DNA of 64,000 nucleotides, taken from the NCBI GenBank assembly GCA_963744145.1, contig CAVUSO010000001.1, positions 7,168,001 to 7,232,000 of the forward strand. Direction: 5' to 3'. This document shows positions 1 through 9,513 of the stretch, piece after piece. The DNA is from an uncultured cyanobacterium. Lineage in GTDB: Bacteria; Cyanobacteriota; Cyanobacteriia; Cyanobacteriales; CAWUOF01. The translations under genes were made by a program, and so were the position numbers. Under the pieces are notes generated by a model. The model did no database searches. It had not been told where the DNA came from and worked only from the letters and a program-made list of their open reading frames with translations. Position 1 is the stretch's first letter. Every line of letters begins with the position of its first letter.

Positions 1-2
1 GC

Positions 3-644
3 CAAAAAGACACCCTAGAAGAACCAACCGATCCCTACGCAGTCACCCCAGAAGATGCTCTAGATTCAGCCAGAAGAGAAGTAAAACGTTGGCGAATGGA
101 ACAACTACTGGGAACAAAACGCCAAAATAATCTTGATGCGATCACCGAATGGTTTGTCTTAGCCTGGGATGCTTTCGAGTCACCCCGATTCCCCTACGAT
201 GAAGGTTTACGACTCGCTCGTGTAGTTGGAGTTGATCTCGATCGCGAGATCATCGGTCACATTGCGGAAAAGAAAGCCAGCGACATTCAACTCTGGGATA
301 GTGCCCAACGCGGTGCCAAAGGACAACTCGGTGCAGCTGATGGAAGTAAATCTATGCTAGATGCAATCCATCATGCAGCCAATCGCGCTCGTACTCATGG
401 ACTCGAAACAGCAAAGCAAATGCTCGAACAAAATAAAACAGATATAAATCCAGACTTTCATTCAGCTCTGCTTGCCATGTTAGAAGTATTACCAGTATCA
501 AGTACCTATACCAAATTTGAAGAAGAAGAAGGACCCGTTGCTGAAGCAGCCCAAGACTTTGATGTATTAGAAAACCTACGTCGCTTAATGTTTAGTGAAA
601 AAGTTCCCCAGCCTAAGCAATTAGAAATTTGGTTAGAATTATAA
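3..644 (+). CDS. C-terminal part of a DUF1156-type adenine DNA methyltransferase (starts upstream of the window)
   Basis: The frame is open from base 3 (QKDTLEEPTDPYAVTPEDALDSARREVKRWRMEQL...WFVLAWDAF...YDEGLRLARVVGVDL), resembling DUF1156 methylase C-termini. It is co-oriented with a PLD-SNF2 helicase downstream. The catalytic motifs lie outside the window. Confidence 0.7.
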   Translation, partial: QKDTLEEPTDPYAVTPEDALDSARREVKRWRMEQLLGTKRQNNLDAITEWFVLAWDAFESPRFPYDEGLRLARVVGVDLDREIIGHIAEKKASDIQLWDSAQRGAKGQLGAADGSKSMLDAIHHAANRARTHGLETAKQMLEQNKTDINPDFHSALLAMLEVLPVSSTYTKFEEEEGPVAEAAQDFDVLENLRRLMFSEKVPQPKQLEIWLEL

Positions 645-698
645 TACACCATATTCCATAGACCGCTGACAAAAATAACCAGGTCGATTGAAAATTGA

Positions 699-819
699 TT
701 GAGCGGAGTCGAAATCAAGGGCTGTTTTAATTCCCTTCACATTGCCCCCTTCGGCTACGCTCAGGCTACACTTCGACTACGCCCAGGGCACAGGGCACGC
801 ACAGGGCACGCTCTAGGGT
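699..819. repeat. Degenerate cluster of CTTCGACTACGCTCAGGG-family short repeats
   Basis: gagcggagtcgaa, cccttcggctacgctcagg, cttcgactacgcccaggg and cagggcac units. The same family recurs at ~19830, ~26393, ~37386 and ~52963. Confidence 0.7.
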
Positions 820-969
820 ATTAATTCTGAACCGTGGGTTGTCCACAGAGGGAGGATATTGTTTGAAATATTCGGGTATTTAGACAATATTTTATTTTAC
901 GTAAACCTTTATTGAATAAGGATTTAGAGTGAAAATGTAAAATAAGTAATATTTGGTTATCTTGTGCTA

Positions 970-999
970 TTGACAAATAACGTAAAATAGGTTTAAAGT
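970..999 (+). promoter_or_regulatory. Putative sigma70 promoter of the 1069-2403 gene pair
   Basis: TTGACA (970-975), 18-nt spacer, TAAAGT (994-999), about 70 nt upstream of the GTG start. Confidence 0.5.
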
Positions 1000-1068
1000 A
1001 TGTAACAAGTAATTTTAGTGAAATAGTTGCACAAGATGCTTGGATCACATAGTTAAAAGGAAAGACCC

Positions 1069-1509
1069 GTGAGTTCTTATAAGCAACTCCCACTATCGGA
1101 TCTAAGAGAAAGTTTGCCCAAGTTTAAACGTCAAGTCCAGCTTGGGATGAAAAGAATTGCAGCTACTTACTATGGTCAAGTAGTTGGGTTCTTAGTTCCT
1201 CTCAAGGATCTGGAAGAAGCCGAAAAAGATGGCGCTATTAATAATAGTGAAGAAATGTCTCTATCAGAGTTTCGGTTGCATTTGACAGAATGCTGGGAGC
1301 GACTACAGCTTGATGTTGACTGTATTTATGTCACTTATCACACACGTAGAGCTGTGGCATTTCTTAGTCCTCGTCTTGCTAATTATCTTTTAATACCGAT
1401 TTCCGAAGTTGCTTACAAACTTCTTGCTATTGATAGTGGTCTAATTGAAACATCCAATTTAGTAGTTAAAGATAATAGTTTGATTGAAATAATCAATAAG
1501 GAGACTTGA
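1069..1509 (+). CDS. Protein with two tandem Phd/YefM-like antitoxin domains
   Basis: Two internal segments follow the Phd pattern: LPLSDLRESLPKFKRQVQLGMKRIAATYYGQVVGFLVP and MSLSEFRLHLTECWERLQLDVDCIYVTYHTRRAVAFLSP. GTG start with AAGGA upstream. Confidence 0.6.
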   Translation: MSSYKQLPLSDLRESLPKFKRQVQLGMKRIAATYYGQVVGFLVPLKDLEEAEKDGAINNSEEMSLSEFRLHLTECWERLQLDVDCIYVTYHTRRAVAFLSPRLANYLLIPISEVAYKLLAIDSGLIETSNLVVKDNSLIEIINKET

Positions 1510-1512
1510 TTT

Positions 1513-2403
1513 ATGTCTAAGTTTACAATTTTAGTTGATCAGGAAACTCAAGAAAAAATAAACAATCCTGAGAAATATTTTCCTCCCGAAGCTTGTGCCG
1601 AGATAAAATATTTTATCCAGATACTTGAAAGAGATGGTCAATTAACCAAAACAGATTTTTACGACATTAATACTAATAAAATCAGCGGGGTAGCTGTTAA
1701 CTTATTTTATAGAGTTAATTTTACTAAGAATCAGGTATTGATAATTGATATAAAGGTAAAATCTACTGATATTTTAAAACAAAGATTTCAAATTAATGAT
1801 GATTACAATGATCAAGATGTTTTGGATAAAATTCCGCAATACGATCAACCTAAAAAGATAATTAAAGCTATTATTTTGATAGATAAAGGGGTAAAAGATT
1901 CCTATAACTTAGGTTGTGAGTTAGGTCATAAAGCCAAGAAAGAAAAAGATATTGCACGGCATGGACAGTATGCAATGCAAGCTTTAGAGCAACTTGACTT
2001 AATTACAAGGATAAAAATAGAGAAAGTTCGTAAACTAGAACCTAAGTTGACTGAAAAAGGGAAGTTAATTGTTAATGCACCTAATGAGGATTTAAGATGC
2101 AGGTTGCTTATTGAAGCGATGCTAAAGTATCATCCTGTTTGGAAAATTCTTGTGGCTGTTTCTAAAAATGAAGATCAACCTCACAATAATATGATCCTAA
2201 ATGATGAATTAGTTAAAAATCTTATTTTCCCAAAAGAACTACATGGAGCTGATACGACTAATCGGCGATCGCAGACTTTAAAAAATTGGATTAAGTGGAT
2301 TTGTAAATTTTCTGGAATTCCTATTTATGTTAATGAACATAGTGTCCAACTTCCTATTCCAATGTTATTTGCTGAAAGTACGATAAATGAAGATGAATGT
2401 TAA
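1513..2403 (+). CDS. RelE/ParE-like N-terminal domain fused to a winged-helix-type C-terminal domain
   Basis: The first ~85 aa have a RelE-like layout (FTILVDQETQEKI...LFYRVNFTKNQVLIIDIK). The C-terminal region (IPQYD...RHGQYAMQALEQLDLI...LTEKGK...TTNRRSQTLKNWIKWI) resembles wHTH domains attached to restriction-related proteins. Starts 3 bp after the previous stop. Confidence 0.5.
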   Translation: MSKFTILVDQETQEKINNPEKYFPPEACAEIKYFIQILERDGQLTKTDFYDINTNKISGVAVNLFYRVNFTKNQVLIIDIKVKSTDILKQRFQINDDYNDQDVLDKIPQYDQPKKIIKAIILIDKGVKDSYNLGCELGHKAKKEKDIARHGQYAMQALEQLDLITRIKIEKVRKLEPKLTEKGKLIVNAPNEDLRCRLLIEAMLKYHPVWKILVAVSKNEDQPHNNMILNDELVKNLIFPKELHGADTTNRRSQTLKNWIKWICKFSGIPIYVNEHSVQLPIPMLFAESTINEDEC

Positions 2404-2618
2404 TATAAAAAAAACATATTCTTCTAAATGTGTAAGCACTCTAAAATTATAGCGATCGCGGACATTTTTAATACAAATATCTGTTAGTGATCGCTATTAA
2501 TATTGATGAAAAATACCCTTATTTTATAATTCAAAAAAGAATTCACAAACAGTTTATTAAGTTAGTTTAAAATAAATCTTTTAATCTATAAAAACAATCT
2601 GAACATGGAACTAATATT

Positions 2619-3128
2619 ATGGCATACTTAAAATACAATGGAGTTCAAATAGTGATTAATGATGAGAAAGTTTGCGTTACAGATATTTACAATGCAGCGG
2701 GAAAAATTCCTAATAAAGCACCTACTAATTTTAAAAATTCTAAACAAGGGATAAGCGAAATAAAAAAGTATGAACGTAAATATGGAACAATAGTATGGGT
2801 AAGTAAAACAGGTGTAAATACAATAGCAAGATTTGAAATTGGTGCTGCATATCTAAACTATCTTGGTGATCACATAGCTGCAAAAAAACTATTAGAAGTT
2901 GGTGAAACAGGTAAAAATATTGAATACAATAATCAATCTAATTTCCAATCTTATAATCAATTCACCAAGTCTTCAATTCAATCTTCTTCATCTACTAATA
3001 TATTCAATATTATCTTGGGAATAGTAGGAATATTAGTTATTTTATCATTATTATTTAGTAAAAAAGAAGAAAATCATCAACAACCTTATCAATACAAACA
3101 AGAAAATATCGCGCCAGATACTAATTAG
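2619..3128 (+). CDS. KilA-N/APSES-like DNA-binding protein with a C-terminal transmembrane helix
   Basis: YNGVQI...VCVTDIYNAAG...KAPTNF...EIGAAYLNYL fits the KilA-N pattern. A Ser/Gln/Asn linker is followed by hydrophobic IFNIILGIVGILVILSLLF. Confidence 0.6.
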   Translation: MAYLKYNGVQIVINDEKVCVTDIYNAAGKIPNKAPTNFKNSKQGISEIKKYERKYGTIVWVSKTGVNTIARFEIGAAYLNYLGDHIAAKKLLEVGETGKNIEYNNQSNFQSYNQFTKSSIQSSSSTNIFNIILGIVGILVILSLLFSKKEENHQQPYQYKQENIAPDTN

Positions 3129-3328
3129 TTTTGTTTATCACTATTTCACAAAAGGTTGCCCCCATTTTTCCCACATCTGGCGATTAAAGGGCGATCGCGC
3201 TCCAACTGTCTCAACTATTATCGCATCTTAGAGAATATGGACAACTAGGGAATTTGGGGGGCGATCGCAGTATTCCCAGACAGAAGTAACTAATGGTAGA
3301 TGATCGCATTCTATCTAAATAAATTTTC

Positions 3329-3337
3329 TGCTATAAT
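3329..3337 (+). promoter_or_regulatory. Extended -10 element upstream of dinD
   Basis: TGcTATAAT ~30 nt before a GGAG ribosome-binding site and ATG. Confidence 0.45.
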
Positions 3338-3368
3338 AACTTAATGCAAAATAACCGGAGTAATAGCT

Positions 3369-4211
3369 ATGGAAAAAGATACTATTAACACCTTAACTGA
3401 AAACTTTGAATCTCATGCTCAACAAACTGAAAACGGGATTGAATATTGGCTTGCCCGTGACCTTCAACATCTTTTAGGTTATTCAGAGTGGCGCAATTTT
3501 ACAGGAGTGATAACAAAAGCAAAAACTGCTTGTGAAGTTTCTAATTATGACACCTCAGACCATTTTGTTGACGTTACCAAAATGGTTGATCTTGGTTCAG
3601 GAGGTCAGCGAGAGATAGATGATCTAATGTTAACCCGTTATGCTTGCTATCTCATAGCTCAAAATGGAGATCCTCGTAAACAAGAAATAGCTTTTGCCCA
3701 AACCTATTTTGCTATCCAAACCAGAAAGGCAGAGTTAATCGAGCAAAGATTGTTAGAAGCTGAGAGGGTGTCAGCTAGAAAGAAACTATCAGAGACTGAA
3801 AAAGAGCTTTCTAAAGTGATCTACGAACAAACAGGAAGTGAGCGGGATTTTGCTTCAATCCGTAGTAAGGGAGATTCAGCGTTATTTGGTAAATCCACTA
3901 AAGCAATGAAAGCACAATGGAAAATACCTGATAATCGACCATTGGCAGACTTCGCACCAACCATTATTTTAAAAGCTAAGGATTTTGCAGCTGAGATTAC
4001 TATTTTTAATTCAAGAGAAAATCAATTGAATACAGAGCCAGCTATTTCTAGGGAACATATCACTAATAATCAAGCTGTTCGAGATACATTATTGCAAAGA
4101 GGTATTCGTCCGGAGACTTTACCACCTGCGGAAGATGTGAAGAAAGTTGAACGTCGTCTTGCTTCAGAGGTGAAAAAATCTATGAAAAATCCTGATGCTC
4201 TTGAGTCTTAG
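3369..4211 (+). CDS. dinD: DNA damage-inducible protein D (BRO-N domain)
   Basis: WLARDLQHLLGYSEWRNF, LTRYACYLIAQNGDPRKQEIAFAQTYFAIQTR, RPLADF, PETLPPAEDVKKVERR. Confidence 0.92.
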   Translation: MEKDTINTLTENFESHAQQTENGIEYWLARDLQHLLGYSEWRNFTGVITKAKTACEVSNYDTSDHFVDVTKMVDLGSGGQREIDDLMLTRYACYLIAQNGDPRKQEIAFAQTYFAIQTRKAELIEQRLLEAERVSARKKLSETEKELSKVIYEQTGSERDFASIRSKGDSALFGKSTKAMKAQWKIPDNRPLADFAPTIILKAKDFAAEITIFNSRENQLNTEPAISREHITNNQAVRDTLLQRGIRPETLPPAEDVKKVERRLASEVKKSMKNPDALES

Positions 4212-4294
4212 TTAATCATAAATCTGGCACCAAAGAGAGATATTTATACCTTTGTTAAAATGAGCTTTAGGAAGTTTTAAGTACCTTAAAAACT

Positions 4295-7200
4295 ATGAGT
4301 CTATTATCAGACTACCAATGGCATACTAAATATGACTCTGATAGTGTCAGTCTCATTCAAGAATTCTATGAACCTGCCCTTAGTTGTGCTGTGCGCTACG
4401 ATCGCTCTACAGGTTTTTTCTCAGCTAAACTCCTCACTCTGGCGGCACGAAGTATTGAAAACCTAGTCCACAATAATGGAAAGATGCGGTTGGTAATTGG
4501 CTGCACTATCTCGGAAGCGGAAGTTAATGCGATTGAAAAAGGTGAAAGACTTCGTGATGTAGTTGATCGTCGCATGACCGCATTTCCTCTTGATCCGCGA
4601 TCGCCCTATGAAATCGAAGCTCTAGAGCTATTATCCTGGATGATTGCCCAAGAATATCTAGATATTAAACTTGCATTACCATGTAACTTTCGCGATCGCA
4701 AACCGATTGTCTCATCTGGGATTTTTCATGAGAAAGCTGGCATTATTGAAGACCGTATTGGTAATCGTTTAGCCTTTAATGGTAGCATCAATGAAACAGC
4801 TATGGGTTGGCAGGGGAATTGGGAAAGTTTTCATGTTTTTACTGACTGGACAGGTAGTAAATTCCATGTAGATGATGAAGAAAATAGTTTTGGTAAACTT
4901 TGGAATAATCAAGCAAAACGCTGTCTGGTTATCGATGTTCCTACGGCTATGCGAGAGCAATTATTGAGATTTTTACCGACGGATGATCAACCTCACCGAC
5001 TCAAAGTTAATGATTCTCCCCCAGTTGTTCCACCTCAAATTAACCAAATACCTAAAATCCTCAACCCTGAAATTGATGATATTAGTGAAAAGTTTAAACA
5101 GGTTTGGCAAATTATTCATCATGGAGCATCTTGCAAGGGTAGAGGCGATCGCATTGGTGAAGCTACTGCCAATATTAAGCCATTTCCTCATCAAATTAAA
5201 GCTTTTGGGCGTCTCTACGATCACTATCCACCGAAACTCCTAATTGCTGATGAAGTTGGGCTTGGTAAAACTATTGAAGCTGGATTATTACTTAGACAAG
5301 CATGGCTTTCAGGTAAAGCAAAGCGAATCTTAATCCTAGCACCTAAATCTGTTCTTACCCAATGGCAAATTGAACTTCGCGAAAAATTTAACCTCAATAT
5401 TCCGATCTATGATGGTAAGAATCTTTGCTGGTATGATTGTCCAGCTTTACGGGTTTTCGGTCAAGGGATTGAAAAGTCTGTTAGTCGTCAAGAATGGCAC
5501 AAAGAATCAATCGTAATTGTTTCCAGTCATCTGATGCGAAGAAGCGATCGCGCTAAAGAATTATTAGAAGATGCAGAACCTTACGATTTAGTTTTTCTAG
5601 ATGAAGCACACCATGCACGAAGACAAGGTGATCAAGGTGCAAACCAACTCCTAAAACTCATGCAGCGACTAAAAGATCGAACTCAAGGTTTAGTGCTGCT
5701 GACTGCAACACCAATGCAAGTTGATCCAATCGAAGTTTGGGACTTATTAAACTTACTCGGATTACCAAATCTATGGAATAGTGATTACTTTCAGAAATTT
5801 TTTGAATATGCTAGTGCAAGTAATCCTAGTCATGAACAATTTGAGTTTATGGCACAATTGTTTCGAGCTGTCGAATCTTATTTTGGGGAAACAAGCATTG
5901 CATCAGTAATGCGTTATGTCAAAGATAGTAAACTTGCTGCCAAAACTATTTTAAAAGCACTCCGAGATGAAGCACAACTACCCAGAAGACAACTAAATAG
6001 TGAGCGTCGTCGGGCTGCGATCGCGATAATGAAAGCTAATACACCAGTCACAAAACTAATTTCTCGTCATACCCGTGAACTCCTCCGTCGCTACTACGAA
6101 GCAGGCAAAATTAGTAGTCGAATTGCTACCCGGATTGTTGAAGATGAATTTGTCAATCTTACTGCTAGTGAACGCACTCTTTACGAAGCAGTAGAAGATT
6201 ACATTTCAACTACTTACAACAACGCATCAACAGCAGAACGCAACGCTGTTGGTTTTGTGATGACTATTTATCGTCGTCGTCTTGCTAGTAGCTTTGCTGC
6301 TCTTACCCATACCCTCAGTATGAGGATTGAGAAAATTAACAACTCAAAGCAGATCAAAAATAATTTAAACCAGTTTGTCTTAATTGAAGATATCTCAGAC
6401 GATGAAACTGACGATGAAGTTATGGATACGGATACTGCAAACAAACTTGAGCAGGAAGCACTCAAACGCGAAGAAGTTTTGGAACTAGAATATCTGCGCG
6501 ATCGCATTCGTCAACTACCTACAGACACAAAAGCTAAAATACTCCTCAACAAGATTCAACAATTGCAAACCGAAGGTTACCAACAAGTCATCATCTTTAC
6601 CCAATACACCGACACCATGGACTTTTTGCGTAAATTTCTATTGAAATCAGATCAACAAAGCTTAATTTGTTTTTCAGGTAGAGGTGGTGAAATAGCTAAC
6701 AGCGATCGCAGTTGGCGAAATATTTCACGGGATGAAACCAAACGGATATTTCGGGAAGGTAAAGCCGATATCTTACTTTGTACAGATGCGGCTGCTGAAG
6801 GTCTAAACTTTCAGTTTTGTGGCGCACTTATTAACTATGATATGCCTTGGAATCCCATGCGAGTGGAACAACGGATCGGTCGGATTGATCGATTAGGACA
6901 AACTTTTGCATCGATTAAAATTATTAACTTGCATTATCGCAATACGATCGAGACAGATGTTTAATTGCAAAATTCTTTTAATTGTTTTTGTACTGGCCTC
7001 AATTCCCCATTTTTCTTTGGCTTTTTCTACCACTTGTTTTAATTGTCTTGGTTCGGATTTTGTCCACTCTTTAATTTGGTTTTCTTGTTCAGAATTAAAT
7101 TTTGGTTTAGAGCCTCTACCTGATTGATTATATAATCCAACCATACTAGATGATTCCCATCGCCCAAACCAATTATAAATTGTTTTAGAGCTGACGTTGA

Positions 7201-7963
7201 AAATTTTCATCAACTCTGGGACTTTTACACCGTCGTTTGCTAAGATTAGGCAATGAGCTCTTTCGACGCACCTGGTGATGTCGGCTTTGATGATAAATTC
7301 GCTTTAGTAATTTAACGGAAAGGGGATTAATTTCTCGTAGAAATATCATTTTTTTAGTTAAATTTAAATTTCAACTCTTCAACCTTAACACATTATGTTA
7401 TTATTGTAAATAATTCTGTACAATTACTTATTGCTCTACGTGAGCGAATTGGATTGTTCTCAAAATATGTCGGTAAACTGCAACCAATCTTAGCAAATCT
7501 ACCTAAAAATATTGCCAGTATTGCCCTGAGCAGTCGCGAAGAGCGAGATCAACAACGCGATGAACTACTGAGTAATATTGATAAAAATCGTCGTCAAGCT
7601 GAAACTGATAGTTTCGATCTTGATGCTATTACCGAAGACGATCTCGAAGAACCAGTTAGAGCTGAGGCTTTTTACGACTTGGAAACCTTGGATTTACTCT
7701 TGCATTGTCCAAAATTTTTACCACCTGGTATCGAAGTAGAGCCGATGCAACCAGGCGAATATAAGTTCTCTATGCCAGGAATGAGGGAAACTATTCGCAT
7801 CACAACTAGAGCAGATTATTTTGACCAACATCCTGAAAGTGTTGAACTATGGTCATCTGGTAGCCCCTTGTTTCCTTTATTTGACCATGAAAATAAAATA
7901 GATGAGTTGCCTTTAATTGAACTAAATGAATTTTTCCAAAATTATATTTCACAATACTCCTGA
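4295..7963 (+). pseudogene. PLD-nuclease/SNF2 helicase fusion interrupted by an IS630 fragment
   Basis: PLD-like FHEKAG...GSINET. SNF2 motifs ADEVGLGKT, DEAHH, LTATP, EGLNFQ, QRIGRIDR. Removing 6964-7428 (465 bp) joins ETDV to YIALRERIGLF in frame, giving 1067 aa. Confidence 0.9.
6964..7428 (-). mobile_element. Truncated, frameshifted IS630-family element
   Basis: The minus strand from ATG 7349 reads MIFLREINPLSVKLLKRIYHQSRHHQVRR, then a +1 frameshift, then RAHCLILAND...TIYNWFGRWE...GRGSKPK (IS630 HTH region). There is no DDE domain. TA lies on both sides. Confidence 0.8.
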
Positions 7964-8022
7964 CCTATAAACAATTTTCTCTCACCAAATTTTTCTGAAT
8001 ATGGCCTGAAATTAAATTGGGA

Positions 8023-8469
8023 TCAACTTTTTCCTATCGATAAGTGAACTTTTTTTTGCTTTAAAATTCGTCTGACTTGAGTCCCGCTCAGGTGAATCCC
8101 TGTTGCTTGATTCAAATGGAGTGCTAAACGTTCTCCTGTCCAACGGTCAAACTCATAGCCCAGAGATTTAGGTGCTGTATTGATCAGATTGATTAACAAT
8201 TGGATGTAATCTTCAGTAACTTTACGGTAGTTACCCTGTTCGCGCTTATCTCTCAGACTATCTAGGTCATCAGGATTACCATGTACACACCAATAGGCAA
8301 CTGTCCTGTATGAACAACCAATGAAATCAGCTATTTGTTCATAAGTTTTACCATCATTTTGCAATAACAACATCAAAACATGCTCTCGAAAATGAGGACA
8401 ATCACTATCCCGTAATGCTTGTTGGAGCAGTTTTTTTTGGACTAAAGTCAGAAAACCTTTGGCAGGCAT
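8023..8469 (-). mobile_element. IS630-family N-terminal helix-turn-helix ORF with no DDE domain
   Basis: LMLLLQNDGKTYEQIADFIGCSYRTVAYW...GYEFDRWTGERLALHL...GIHLSGTQVRRILKQKK. Confidence 0.65.
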
Positions 8470-8538
8470 AGTTAGGAGAATTTTCCCAAAGTAAGTTAAA
8501 CTTTATTTTATGCTATTTAGATGGGGTATATAGATATT

Positions 8539-8661
8539 AGACCTCTTGCAAAAGTCCTTATTGATCTATGTTATTGACAGGCAAGATGCCTGTCCCACAA
8601 AAGTTATTTATTCTGGTGGGACAGGCATCTTGCCTGTCCTATTTATTTTTGCAAGAGGTCT
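8539..8661. mobile_element. 123-bp MITE, copy 1 of 3
   Basis: Terminal inverted repeats AGACCTCTTGCAAAA/TTTTGCAAGAGGTCT, 3-bp duplication ATT, internal inverted pair of GACAGGCAAGATGCCTGTC hairpins. Confidence 0.85.
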
Positions 8662-8675
8662 ATTTGTCATCGATT

Positions 8676-9488
8676 ATGCCCAAACCCCACAAGCAATTTG
8701 GTCAACATTGGCTCCGGAGCGAAAAGACCCTCTCCCGAATTGTACAAGCGGCTGAATTGTCCAATTCGGAACGAGTTCTGGAAATTGGTCCGGGAACAGG
8801 TGTTCTCACTCGTCGTTTATTAGGTTTGGTTCAATCTCTAGTTGCGGTAGAAATTGACCGTGATCTCTGTCAACTATTGACGACCCAACTAGGTAAAACT
8901 GAGAATTTTTTACTTTTACAAGGTGATATTCTCACTCTAGATTTAGATTTACAACTCGCTAATTGGCCACAATTTGCCAAACCAACTAAGGTAGTAGCTA
9001 ATATTCCCTACAATATTACTGGCCCGATTTTAGCCAAGCTGTTGGGTAGTATCACTCAACCAACCCCAGAACCTTTTGATTTAATTGTCTTACTGGTCCA
9101 AAAAGAAGTCGCACAACGTCTATATGCTCAACCAGGAACAAAAGCTTTTGGTGCGTTATCAGCACGTATCCAATTTTTGGCTGATTGTGAGTTGATTTGT
9201 GATGTCCCAGCTCAGGCTTTTTATCCACCACCCAAGGTCGATTCGGCTGTAGTTCGATTACGTCCCAAAAGGATCGCACCGACAGTTAATGACCCAAAAT
9301 TACTGGAAACTCTGATTCAGTTAGGATTTTCTAGTCGGCGCAAAATGTTACGCAATAATTTACAAAGTATTCTCGATCGCGATCGCTTGACCAGGTTGCT
9401 CGAACAATTACAAATAAATCCCCAAGTCCGTGCTGAAGACTTAGGTATTGTGCAATGGATTGCTTTAAGCAATTTAGTTGATAATTAA
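8676..9488 (+). CDS. rsmA: 16S rRNA adenine dimethyltransferase
   Basis: KQFGQHWL, LEIGPGTGVLT, VEIDRDL, ANIPYNIT, QKEVAQRL, PPPKVDSAV. Start moved to ATG 8676 because the longer ORF reads through the MITE. Confidence 0.95.
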   Translation: MPKPHKQFGQHWLRSEKTLSRIVQAAELSNSERVLEIGPGTGVLTRRLLGLVQSLVAVEIDRDLCQLLTTQLGKTENFLLLQGDILTLDLDLQLANWPQFAKPTKVVANIPYNITGPILAKLLGSITQPTPEPFDLIVLLVQKEVAQRLYAQPGTKAFGALSARIQFLADCELICDVPAQAFYPPPKVDSAVVRLRPKRIAPTVNDPKLLETLIQLGFSSRRKMLRNNLQSILDRDRLTRLLEQLQINPQVRAEDLGIVQWIALSNLVDN

Positions 9489-9513
9489 TTATTATTTGCT
9501 TTTTGTTCAGAAA

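Noticed and set aside
3130..3368. LexA box upstream of dinD
   Set aside because: No convincing match to the cyanobacterial RGTAC-N3-DGTWC pattern was seen.
8568..8675. Shared N-terminal 'LLTGKMPVP' extension on RsmA and the ABC exporter (57079)
   Set aside because: It is the translation of the same MITE; the conserved proteins begin downstream.
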